DNA of 64,000 nt from positions 4,363,950 to 4,427,949 of the forward strand of contig NC_134026.1 in NCBI RefSeq assembly GCF_964204645.1, read 5' to 3'. This document shows positions 9,591 through 28,727 of this stretch, in pieces (within the stretch, counting starts at the first letter, position 1; each line of letters begins with the position of its first letter). The translations under genes and the position numbers were made by a program. The notes beneath the pieces were generated by a model that worked only from the letters and a program-made list of their open reading frames with translations, ran no database searches and was not told the DNA's origin. This stretch comes from Tubulanus polymorphus (Eukaryota; Animalia; Nemertea).

Positions 9591-12475
9591 ACACACATTC
9601 TTCTTTCTTCCGCACCTGGGTGTTAATAGAATATTCCGGTAGATGGCTCTCATGCTTATTCTCTACTTAACGTTATGTTTGACGTAAATACTTCTTGATG
9701 TCCCTCAATCTCTCGTTTTGGTGATGAGTGTAAATAAATTTCATTTCAATTTCAATTTCATTGTACCGGTATCAACAATCCATGGCTTACCCTAACAAAC
9801 ACTTTATACGTCCATCAGCATCAGGGTCACTCTGAGTTCGAGTCAGTTACTTACAGCTACTACTGTACTTTCGAGAAAGCCATAACTCGAGGAAGAAGAT
9901 CTCGCCGTGGACTTACACCCGCTACGACGAGTTGGCGACATCGATACCCTTTACATAAATATTAGAATGTTATTTTATGAAGAAGATTCCGACGATTCTT
10001 CACATGTGTATATCGCAAATATTCCAAAATTGGTGGGATCGACAATGGTCAAAGCGAAGTATTTATTACTGGTCTCAATGTTGTTCCCGGAAATTTTCTG
10101 CGGAGTTCAATTATCAATCAATATTGACATTTCCATTAAATTTTTCAGAAGGTTATTTCGTTTCAATCGGAATAATCATTCTACTTAATTAAAACGGCAC
10201 GAACGAGACGATACACGACTGATAGACAAACGCCGATGGCGGAACGCGTAGACCAACAGGGTCGTTCAATAGCAGATCAATTCGATTTATAGAATTTCTT
10301 AAACATCCGATATTATAGTATCGATAATATACATAAACGATAAGGGGAAAGATCACTTAAATTGAATGGCAAGAACAGGGAGAAATGTTCCGTAAAAATG
10401 AATATCTCGTGAAAAATGAATATCTTGTTTTTAGACGAAACTTGAAAGTTGGGGCCATCGAACGAAGTTGGGGCCATACATACATCTGCCAAAAATATTT
10501 TCACGAGCGGTATCCAGCCACCCAGCGATTTCTCTCTACTTTAGGATCCTATATCGAAATGCTTATTTATTTTGGTACACAATGAAATAAAAGGTTTGAT
10601 ACGTCTTCCAAAATAGAAATGTTTTGCAACCGCAGAAATAATTATAGAAAAATACATACCAATAAGAAAAACTCAATAACATCGTCCATTATCATCAATC
10701 CGTCGTTATAACTCCTGAATTTGACCAGTCGTTGCTTCGGCATAAGATTTCTAAAAGCTGAGCAGATTTAACGCGATAGCTGTGACAAAACCCGTTTTAA
10801 CGATTGAGAACATTTGACTTGAGCTGCGCTCGCAGCAAATCCTTTCAATAATCTGCTGAAACATTAAACTACTGCCGCGGAGTTCTCAGTTTTTATCCTT
10901 AAGAATGACGCATGAATAAAATAGCGCCCAACGAATCACGCAAGGCCAATGCAGTCTCCCATACCGAGTACCATTGTCATTCAAGTTAGAATTTAATTAA
11001 AAAATAATTCGATTTCTTATCTTGGGATTGAAATTTCGGTTCGTCGGTGATAAAAAGGACGAGTGTACCCATATAAGTGGGCTTAGATTTATGACACTGT
11101 TTCTGGTTTGAGGTAAGGCTCGAAGATGCCAGGCATCCATTATCCACTACTATACCTGATCGTGCGATATTATCATAGAAAATGACATTTTAATGTTTTT
11201 TTCTGTTGAATTATCATCGCGATTGGCAACGCTAGTCGGCTGTATTCTAACGTAATCGTGGGTGAAATTACAATGCAACTGCGAGTCATCAAAAAATCAT
11301 CAGTCAAAATACATTTTAATTCTGTGCACCATGAGTGATGAGTACACACTGCGGCAATTCATACGAATTTAAATGGAAACTAAATCAGGCAATAACTACA
11401 GGTCCAAAGAAACTGTTCACTTTATTGATATGATTCATTAAAATGTGATAAGCTAGAATTAGATACAATAGAAATAGAAATACTAGTGAAGGCGATAGTA
11501 ATATGGTTGAGACAATTCATTAATGAGTATGATCGTTTTGCGGTTATATACTATTAGACCTTGAAGCCCACCAAACTGTTTATTAGGTGTGCTTTTTTAT
11601 TTGAACCAGAAATGGAATTTCCGATTGAAATATTGTAGAATGCCAGTATTGAGTAGTGCATGTCGATGAGCTCGTGTGGATCATGAGTGGATGCAGAAAA
11701 ATTAAAAACCACATTTAACGCATTAAATGGTATTGGTTCGGTGAACTCAGATTTGTTGTTTTCTGTTGCTCCCCATCCACCATTATACCGCTGAGCTGGA
11801 ACACTGACCTGTGTGTATATATATATATATATGCCCAGTCCAAATTCTGTAAAATTTCTTCCCAGCGATTTCTGATAAATAGCAACGAGTAGCAAGGACG
11901 TAGCATTGTTGGCTTTAAACCTAACTCAAAATTTAGCGGTCAGCTGTCGACCTGGGCGCTCTTATTGGACAATAAGAGCGTTCCTTACCCTTTTGTTTTA
12001 CCCTTAACGTTGAATTGCTACATTACGACATAACACGTGCTAAATATCTAACTTTGAGATATGAATATATTTGTGATTTTTGAGTAAAATACGCTTTTCA
12101 TAATCTGTAAAACATTTCTACAAAACATATATTTGTTTATCCGAGAAACAACTTATCTTTGATGGGATTTTTTCTAAAAGTGTTGCGACTCGATGGATAC
12201 CGACACAACTGGGATTTCGGCAACTGGTGAGAACTGGTAGTTTACGGTTTGCCACCAGTTACCTTTATATCCGCTCAAAATAATATAACGAAACTATATA
12301 TAATACATACATCACATTCGAATGATTATCAATCGGGAAGTTATACAAATATCCGGCAACGATTTTTATATGAATTTGTTTTCATTTGTTTTCTCAATAA
12401 ATATTAAATTGTGCATACTTACAATACAAAGCATCAGATTTTAGGGGATGGTTTCAGCTCAAACTTCCTCCTACG

Positions 12476-12710
<235 letters not shown>

Positions 12711-12763
12711 CGCATCTGCGCATTGGCGCATTGGGACACGAACTGGGTGCGTCCGATAACAGA

Positions 12764-18015
<5,252 letters not shown>

Positions 18016-21000
18016 CTACGTAGTCGCAGATATCAGGAACCCTACCGAGGTTACCGCCGCTGCTGATTTTAAATAAATTCCTACTCTTCATCCGAGTAGG
18101 GTTTTATACAAATAATCTGTATAAAATTCTGCTTGGATGAAGAGTTGGTCGATGATTTGTTTTAAGATTCAATTTTAAAAGAATTTTATCATTTTTTAGA
18201 TGATGATAATTGTAAATAAGTATTGACTTGTTAGACTGCTATTTGTATGTTTAATGTATTGAGTCCAAACGAGAATTCAAGGATCCACTTTCGCTTTCCC
18301 AGGTTGATTTTTGAAAATAAACTTCAAACGTCTAATTCAATTCTCAGAATAGACCCACTATGGAACTGGATACATATTTTTATCATGGCAACTACGTGTT
18401 TAGAAAGATAGAATTTTTCATTCATATAATGTATAAACAAAAGGACATAAAAAAACAGAATTTAAATATAACAATTAAACAGTCGTTTGTGTTGATGATG
18501 TTTGGTATACCTCGCAGTCTAACTCGGTGATGGCCAACTCAAGCTTTCCTGTAAATAAGAACTCAAAAACTTAACATCTTCGGCTGAAACTATCGTGGGA
18601 CTTCTTTCGTAATCACTGCGAATTCAAAATTCGAATCAAACTGCACGTCCTGGTCCCCTCCACTCCACTCCCCAAGTACGATGACTCGCTAGATTCTGGA
18701 TACATCCTCGCCTGCCAGGGCTCGGTTGCCTCCTCTGTAGTTCACTACAGCAGTCAGTTCTCTAAATAAGAGTTCGTCCATATTTTAGAATATAGGCATC
18801 AAGACTACTCAGTGTAAGTAATTACTGGGTTCGAACCCGGGACACCTACCCTGTACATCCTTTATTCAGCCCCAGGAGCACTCGGAATCAGTGTCAGAAA
18901 TTACTGGGTTCGAATATCGGACTCCCAACATTAGACACACATTCTTCTTTCTTCCGCACCTGGGTGTTAATAGAATATTCCGGTAGATGGCTCTCATGCT
19001 TATTCTCTACTTACCGTTATGTTTGACGTAAATACTTCTTGATGTCCCTCAATCTCTCGTTTTGGTGATGAGTGTAAATAAATTTCATTTCAATTTCAAT
19101 TTCATTGTACCGGTATCAACAATCCATGGCTTACCCTAACAAACACTTTATACGTCCATCAGCATCAGGGTCACTCTGAGTTCGAGTCAGTTACTTACAG
19201 CTACTACTGTACTTTCGAGAAAGCCATAACTCGAGGAAGAAGATCTCGCCGTGGACTTACACCCGCTACGAAGAGTTGGCGACATCGATACCCTTTACAT
19301 AAATATTAGAATGTTATTTTATGAAGAAGATTCCGACGATTCTTCACATGTGTATATCGCAAATATTCCAAAATTGGTGGGATCGACAATGGTCAAAGCG
19401 AAGTATTTATTACTGGTCTCAATGTTGTTCCCGGAAATTTTCTGCGGAGTTCAATTATCAATCAATATTGACATTTCCATTAAATTTTTCAGAAGGTTAT
19501 TTCGTTTCAATCGGAATAATCATTCTACTTAATTAAAACGGCACGAACGAGACGATACACGACTGATAGACAAACGCCGATGGCGGAACGCGTAGACCAA
19601 CAGGGCCGTTCAATAGCAGATCAATTCGATTTATAGAATTTCTTAAACATCCGATATTATAGTATCGATAATATACATAAACGATAAGGGGAAAGATCAC
19701 TTAAATTGAATGGCAAGAACAGGGAGAAATGTTCCGTAAAAATGAATATCTCGTGAAAAATGAATATCTTGTTTTTAGACGAAACTTGAAAGTTGGGGCC
19801 ATCGAACGAAGTTGGGGCCATACATACATCTGCCAAAAATATTTTCACGAGCGGTATCCAGCCACCCAGCGATTTCTCTCTACTTTAGGATCCTATATCG
19901 AAATGCTTATTTATTTTGGTACACAATGAAATAAAAGGTTTGATACGTCTTCCAAAATAGAAATGTTTTGCAACCGCAGAAATAATTATAGAAAAATACA
20001 TACCAATAAGAAAAACTCAATAACATCGTCCATTATCATCAATCCGTCGTTATAACTCCTGAATTTGACCAGTCGTTGCTTCGGCATAAGATTTCTAAAA
20101 GCTGAGCAGATTTAACGCGATAGCTGTGACAAAACCCGTTTTAACGATTGAGAACATTTGACTTGAGCTGCGCTCGCAGCAAATCCTTTCAATAATCTGC
20201 TGAAACATTAAACTACTGCCGCGGAGTTCTCAGTTTTTATCCTTAAGAATGACGCATGAATAAAATAGCGCCCAACGAATCACGCAAGGCCAATGCAGTC
20301 TCCCATACCGAGTACCATTGTCATTCAAGTTAGAATTTAATTAAAAAATAATTCGATTTCTTATCTTGGGATTGAAATTTCGGTTCGTCGGTGATAAAAA
20401 GGACGAGTGTACCCATATAAGTGGGCTTAGATTTATGACACTGTTTCTGGTTTGAGGTAAGGCTCGAAGATGCCAGGCATCCATTATCCACTACTCTACC
20501 TGATCGTGCGATATTATCATAGAAAATGACATTTTAATGTTTTTTTCTGTTGAATTATCATCGCGATTGGCAACGCTAGTCGGCTGTATTCTAACGTAAT
20601 CGTGGGTGAAATTACAATGCAACTGCGAGTCATCAAAAAATCATCAGTCAAAATACATTTTAATTCTGTGCACCATGAGTGATGAGTACACACTGCGGCA
20701 ATTCATACGAATTTAAATGGAAACTAAATCAGGCAATAACTACAGGTCCAAAGAAACTGTTCACTGATATGGTTCATTAAAATGTGATAAGCTAGAATTA
20801 GATACAATAGAAATAGAAATACTAGTGAAGGCGATAGTAATATGGTTGAGACAAGTCATTAATGAGTATGATCGTTTTGCGGTTATATACTATTAGACCT
20901 TGAAGCCCACCAAACTGTTTATTACGTGTGCTTTTTTATTTGAACCAGAAATGGAATTTCCGATTGAAATATTGTAGAATGCCAGTACTGAGTAGTGCAT

Positions 21001-21148
21001 GTCGATGAGCTCGTGTGGATCATGAGTGGATGCAGAAAAATTAAAAACCACATTTAACGCATTAAATGGTATTGGTTCGGTGAACTCAGATTTGTTGTTT
21101 TCTGTTGCTCCCCATCCACCATTATACCGCAGAGCTGGAACACTGACC

Positions 21149-21190
<42 letters not shown>

Positions 21191-21831
21191 CAGTCCAAAT
21201 TCTGTAAAATTTCTTCCCAGCGATTTCTGATAAATAGCAACGAGTAGCAAGGACGTAGCATTGTTGGCTTTAAGCCTAACTCAAAATTTAGCGGTCAGCT
21301 GTCGACCTGGGCGCTCTTATTGGACAATAAGAGCGTTCCTTACCCTTTTGTTTTACCCTTAACGTTGAATTGCTACATTACGACATAACACGTGCTAAAT
21401 ATCTAACTTTGAGATATGAATATATTTGTGATTTTTGAGTAAAATACGCTTTTCATAATCTGTAAAACATTTCTACAAAACATATATTTGTTTATCCGAG
21501 AAACAACTTATCTTTGATGGGATTTTTTCTAAAAGTGTTGCGACTCGATGGATACCGACACAACTGGGATTTCGGCAACTGGTGAGAACTGGTAGTTTAC
21601 GGTTTGCCACCAGTTGCCTTTATATCCGCTCAAAATAATATAACGAAACTATATATAATACATACATCACATTCGAATGATTATCAATCGGGAAGTTATA
21701 CAAATATCCGGCAACGATTGTTATATGAATTTGTTTTCATTTGTTTTCTCAATAAATATTAAATTGTGTGCATACTTACAATACAAAGCATCAGATTTTA
21801 GGGGATGGTTTCAGCTCAAACTTCCTCCTAC

Positions 21832-22028
<197 letters not shown>

Positions 22029-22113
22029 TTTTTGTCGCATCTGCGCATTGGCGCATTGTAGCTGTTTAGACGCTGAACTGGTGGGACACGAACTGGGTGC
22101 GTCCGATAACAGA

Positions 22114-25100
22114 ATGAAGTCTAGTTCGTTAGGATTTCTGATCTTTTTGACATTTGCCGTTCGAACCACTGTAACAAGTAAGCTATGCCAGACCAATATG
22201 GAAAGCCAGAAAAAGCATTGAAATAATATTTCGCACTAAGATGATATTGAAGCAAAATTTCAATGCCTTTTAAGAATATTTCCTCGTGCCCACGAGCTAT
22301 GTTTACAATATTACAATAGGCATTATGGGCTTTCGAAGATTAGTGCATTTTTGTAAATTGGGATAATACTTTAACATATTTCTAAACATGTAATTGGAAA
22401 GTTTTATTTGCTAATTCTAAGAATAAATAGATAATCAATACGTTAGTATTTTGTTAACTGACTATTTTGCTAGGTGTTTGCGATGACAATGCGTTCGGTC
22501 CAAACTGTCGAACAGAATGTCACTGCAAAAATGCCTCTAAGTGCGGAGAAAATCTGGCATGCGTATGCAAAGACAAATGGAGTGGACCGAGATGTCAAAT
22601 CAGTAAGAGTAACCTTCTAGAAAAAATCATTAACACGCGACAAGTTTTTACCAAGCTTTAAATTGGCATTTTCTTATGAAACGTTATCGAATTCTGACAT
22701 TCGTATCGTTGAATTTTGCAGAGAATGTAGCATTACATAGGACGGTACATACAAGTAAAATCTGGAGCACAATGACGGGAGAAAAGTTGGTAGATGGAGT
22801 CAAGAATAATTATTTTAACACGGACAAAGTCCCTAATGCTTCGGCTGTAATTGATCTACAAAAACCATACGTCGTTTCTAGAGTCATTGTTCATGACAGA
22901 CCTGATGCTCGTGTTACCGATGAGAATGCACCATTGCCAGAAGGAGCTAAATGGAGTATGTTTGAAAATATCCGGATTCTTAAAAAAAGCGTTTACTTCA
23001 ATAATAATTCTGATATTATGTGTTTGCTTTATTTATCAGAAAATAGGTCTCGTGAATTAGATATACGAGTTGGTAATACTAGCGCTATCCCTGGGAGCAG
23101 TTCACGATGTTTCTACATCAAAAAACCGTTATTTGGAAAATCCACAAACGGGACCTGTATGAATGGTCCGATTATAGGGAGATACGTGAGTGTGCAACAC
23201 AATCTCAAACAACCCGAATACATGAATTTGGCAGAAGTTGAAGTTTTTGGCTATCCATTCACTCGTATGTATAATTTTGCTTCACGTTTATCGTGGCATT
23301 CCTTGATTATAATATTAAAAGTAGTCGTGAAAATCATACTTTTTAATTCATCTTTGACTAGGAAATTGTTCTGTAAAGAACACTTACGGCTGCTTAGCGA
23401 AATGTAACTGTTTGAGGAATTCTACATGTGATTATTTGACTGGCAGTTGTCAAAAAGGTTGTGCAAACAGCCACATCGGAAAGAATTGCTTTTCAGGTAT
23501 GTTATATTTATAAGTACTCACTGGATAGTTTCATTATCTTTTAATCAATTAACCAAGATTTGTCGAACAGATTTCAGAGTACCTGGGCTCCCACGCTTGG
23601 TGAATAAAACGGAGACCTCGTTGAGCATTGAATGGAATAATTACAACGGACCTAGAGACGACTCCGGCCGCGGTGAAATAAGAAATCTGAAATATAGAGT
23701 GAAAATAAGATCATCTGACGGAATGAAGCCATCAGTCGAACTGAACGCGATTAAAGGGCTGAAACATTCGACAAAATATAACATTTCAATGTCGATTGTG
23801 GCAGATATAGGTGATAGTACCAAAGAAGGGCCATACGGACCGGAAGTATCTTTCGTGACGGTCTGCCAACGTAAGTGTGAATGAAGTAAATGCTAACATT
23901 TGAACGAAAATATCTATAATGCTATTATTTCTGATTATTTCCATCCAAAGCGGTGCCTGTTCAGCCAAATGTGAAGGAAGACAATGCAACGACAATCCTA
24001 TTGGCATGGAAGGTATCATATAGATTTTATATTCCTGACAATTGTGCTTATTTGAAATCTTTTTCTTGTAAACATAAACACGTTTGTATTTTATTCCATA
24101 TATTAAGGCGATTAGTTTTCTTGATGAAGCTGCTGTGCATTTTCGGGTTCATTGTTGTCATTAAGTAATTATGTCTTTACTCGTCAATCTCAATCTGCTT
24201 ATAGGACAACGGTTGTCAATATGAATACCTAGTCCGCTATCGAAGAAAATCCGAAAACCCTTGGAGAAATATCTCAACTCGCGCTTCGGAGGTGATTTTA
24301 CAAAATCTAGTCCCTTATACTGACTACATGATAAAGGTATTGACATGGAATGGGTCAGAATGGGCACTCATGGATAAAGAATTAGAATATAGAACCGCTG
24401 AAGGAGGTAATAACCATTCAACCACTTATATAGCGGGCAGTAGCTCACGGCTCAAAAAAAAAGTTAAACCCCACATCACTTCGTCTTTTTCCAATCTGAT
24501 TTTATGATACACATCCGTTTCAGTTCCGGCGAAGGTTCAAAATCTTACAGTTACGTTTTCAAACGCAACCTCTTTGGAACTTTCATGGAAACCGCCAACT
24601 ACCGCGAATGGGATACTATCAGGATACATTATTTCGAAGAAATTGATACGTTATCAGGCATGTTCTGGGAATAGTGCCGAAAATAGTACGACTTCTCATT
24701 TGAATAGAACAAACAGTAGACTAGGTAACTTGCAGCCGTTTGCTGAATACAATATCACGGTACAAGCAAAAACTAAAGTTGGACCGGGCGAAAACGTGCA
24801 TCTTAGCCACTCAACAAATGAAACAAGTTAGTACAAATAAACCGAAACTCGGCTACGGGATAAACACTATAAAGGTGAATTAAAATGATGACCAATAACA
24901 TTCTTGAATTTTCATATATTTTCAGCGCCACACCCGACAACACGCCCGCCTGTGGTAAATATTAACGCCGGGGAAATGGTGTTCAGCAACATAAGTTGTA
25001 AAAAGATGAATGGACATTGGGAAAACTTCGTACTCAAATATAAGAATCTTTGGAACAACACCGAAATTGGGCCTATACCAATGAATCGGTCAAGATACGC

Positions 25101-27656
25101 AATCTCGATGCTTGGTTTGGAACCTAACATGCTCTATGAGATACGGTATGCGTGGAAAAACGGTTTTGGTAGCAGTGAATTTTCGGATCCTTTGATCTAT
25201 CTAACAGAAGAAACGGGTAATCACGTTTGTAATTTTTTCCAGTCGTAAATATCATTGAGTGAAAACCCTGAAATAATTCAAACAACTGCTATTGTTTGTT
25301 TCCTTACGTTTCGGGTGGAAGCATCGTCAGAGTTTATTTGAAAATGAACATTTTCCGGGTATTTACTCTCAAGGGTAATCACATTTCTATTTCATTTTCG
25401 TATCAATCTATTTAATTAATTTACAATCTGATGGTTGTACGTTATTTCGTGGCTATCAACCTACTAAGATAGCTACACAAGTATTAATGTCGTCTTCTTC
25501 CTCGTGATTTAAGGACTAATTAAGCATTTAACTCAATTTAAAGCACCCTATCTTGTTTTTTTTCCTTCCAAATCTCAGTTCCAGATGCGCCTATCTTATC
25601 CAGCGAGACGTCCGTAGACTCGTCGTCGATAAAAGTCAACTGGACACAACCAGTGCCGCCACGCGGAAACGTCACCGCTTACACAATCAGTTGTACAGCA
25701 ACCGATGTAAAAGAAACTATAGAGACTTTGAATGTCAGCTCCCTGGAATTTACTCCGGCAAAAAAGCCCGGCGGCAAATGGTTCAAATATCGAATGCGAA
25801 ATCTTACTTCACATGTCAACTACACTTGCCAAGTATGCATTTGAGGAATTAATGGAGATAAAGAACCCTACGTTTTTTCCCGGTTATTTACAAATCAAAT
25901 GCAATATTCGATTAACCGTATTCGAAATTGTTTGTGACGTTTTAATAGAGGATGAGCTCTGCAGCGATAATCTGAGTTTATGTGAGAAACGGAACCGAAA
26001 TTTCCAATAATGTACTTCGATTTAGATAAAGTAGAAATAATACGAGAGAAAAATAGGCTGATGTCGAAGAATTTATATATGATGAATGGCTATATATGGT
26101 TTAAAAACAAGTTACCGTTTTGCAGGTGATTGCTAAAGGAAAGAAAGGACAAAGTCGACCGAGCAATACAGCTGTTTTTATCACTAAAGTCGGATGTAGG
26201 CATCAAATATCGTCTAACGGAATATCTGTATAGGCCGTCGTGTCTAATATCTACAGCCATCATTCTATTTATATACGTATCATTTCAGTTCCCAGTGAGG
26301 TGGTCAATTTCACAAAAAGCGTCGATTCAAACCATCCCATCCAGCTTCAGTGGTCACCGCCAACGCGGCCGAATGGAAAGATAGAGGGTTACCACGTGAG
26401 ATGATGAATTCTGAATGATCCGTATACTTGAATCCGGCTATATCAATTTATAAACGTTAATTCATTAACAAATTCAGCTGACGTGCACATGGAAGGAAAC
26501 ATTTTCCGATAGTTCAAACAAAAAGCTTCAAAAAGTGACTAAGTCTACGTTGGAAAGGAAGATGATTTTACCAGAGCTCGAGCCATCTACATGTTATGAG
26601 TGTACAATCAAAGCTAATACTAGCATTGGTTACGGGCAAGAAATCACTCGGCGATTTTGGACGTACCCGCATAGTGAGTGTCATTTACTTGAGTATAGAT
26701 GATAATTCTGTTCATCCTATTAATACAATATCTCAGGTAACGAATTTCATTCTTATCATTACCCTTGCAGAACCACAACTATTTGGCAAACCTAAAATCC
26801 GCTCGGAAGATACAAGTGACATCAGTGTAACGCTAAGTTTGCAAGAAATCGAAATCAGGGTTGGAAACATAAGGTAAGTAATCCATTGTTGATTCAGACT
26901 ACTTTTCTGAAAGTCTTATTTCAATATCATAAATGATTTGTATTTTGTAATTCTATACATGCAGTGAATACCAGATCGTAGTGCAGCATGTACAAGGTGG
27001 CCAGACTGGCATCAATGCGAGTGTCAACAGGAAGGACGTGAAATGTGCCCGCGAAAGTCCCCATTTCTATTTGGCTGCAAGTTTCATCAATAAGTTACCG
27101 GAAACATTCACAGTCGGAGATGGAAGCGAACATGGACCATGTCACAATAGACAGCTCAAAAAGGACGAGACCTATGTTATTTGTATCCGGGCAATCAACG
27201 AGATCGATAGGGTATGGATTTGAAACATACTGATAACTTGCAAAAATGCTAGAATAATTTCCGATATTTCTAGCCCTATCCAACATGAATTCACCATGAG
27301 ATTGCACTATTTCAATCTTAAAATATTGTGAAATATTTTTCGTTTAGAACAAAGAAATCAATGCGATCTGTACAGATAAAGTTACCGGTAAGCCGAGTTC
27401 AATTCAGGGAAATAAATGACTTATAATCTGAAGGGTCATGGTAAAAAAAATCAAGATTGTCAAAAATTAAAAGAGACATTCCAATACATTTCATATTTCG
27501 TTCATCATTTCGTGTTTACATCATTTCGTGTTGGATAACATTTTACATTTCTAGTGAAGAAACATGAATCGTATCTTCTGGTTATCATTGTTGCACTTGG
27601 ATTTACTTTGATCATACTTGTTATCATCATCGTTGGCGTTTACAGGTATATATCTA

Positions 27657-27742
<86 letters not shown>

Positions 27743-28691
27743 TCGATATTCATCGATGATTTCTTTGAATTCAGGTACATTAAACGTCGTTCCCAGCAAG
27801 AAGGTTCAGGTTCTGATGCAGGTACAATCTTTCTTTATTTGTCACGGTTCTTTTATACGGTACATCATTGTAATAATTTGGCACTTAATAATATTCTCGA
27901 TATATTATTGATTTTTCAACAAATAGAATATATTCCAGAGAGTATCTAAGAAGTGGAGACGATCGGGATTATTTCAGGATCAGAGAGCTCTTTTAGTATA
28001 AATCCATGGATTATTCTTATATCGAGTGTATTTTATGATTTTAGCTAACAGCACGGCCCGTCCCGGGGAAATTTACCTTCAGGTTTGTAAATATAAATAC
28101 ATCTTATTTTTTTCAATATTTAGATTTGTGAATCTTTACTACGTGTAGTTTTTTAATTATCTATAGCCTATACCTGCTGTTCATGGTGACAGAATCTGTT
28201 CTACGCAAGAGGATGTATACGAAGACATAGATGACCACGATGACGTAGATATCGTAGATGTCGTCCATGTGGCAGATGTCACGAACGCTACAGTCCCAGA
28301 GGAAGACGTAGATATCAGGAACCCCACAGAAGATGACTACGTTAATACAAATATCAGAAAAGCTACCGAAGATACCTACGTAGTAGCAGATGTCATGAAC
28401 CCCACAGAAGATGACTACGTTAATACAAATATCAGAAAAGCTACCGAAGATACCTACGTAGTAGCAGATGTCATGAACCCCACAGAAGATGACTACGTTA
28501 ATACAAATATCAGAAAAGCTACCGAAGATACCTACATAGTAGCAGATGTCATGAACCCCACAGAAGATGACTACGTTAATACAAATATCAGAAAAGCTAC
28601 CGAAGATACCTACATAGTAGCAGATGTCATGAACCCCACAGAAGATGACTACGTTAATATAAATATCACAAAAGCTAACTATAAAAGATAA
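22114..28691 (+). CDS. Receptor copy 3 (long 6xFN3 form, ~1220 aa, 21 exons) with a third F-type lectin variant
   Basis: Shared exons plus a longer exon 24205-24406 and extra FN3 exons 24524-24826 ([31 protein letters not shown]), 24926-25216 ([11 protein letters not shown]) and 25579-25832 ([16 protein letters not shown]), joined to 26126-26195; GT-AG boundaries with compatible phases. Confidence 0.87.
27648..27738. repeat. (TA)n microsatellite in the post-TM intron, copy 3
   Basis: Seen directly. Confidence 0.95.
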
Positions 28692-28727
28692 CTACGTAGT
28701 AGCAGATATCAGGAACCCTACCGAGGT
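28320..28727 (+). repeat. 78-bp coding minisatellite (Tyr-repeat tail), copy 3
   Basis: ORF 28269-28691. Confidence 0.97.

Noticed and set aside
9907-10188. 93-aa ORF repeated in all three units
   Set aside because: Starts at GTG, has no recognisable motif, and its conservation is explained by the recent duplication.
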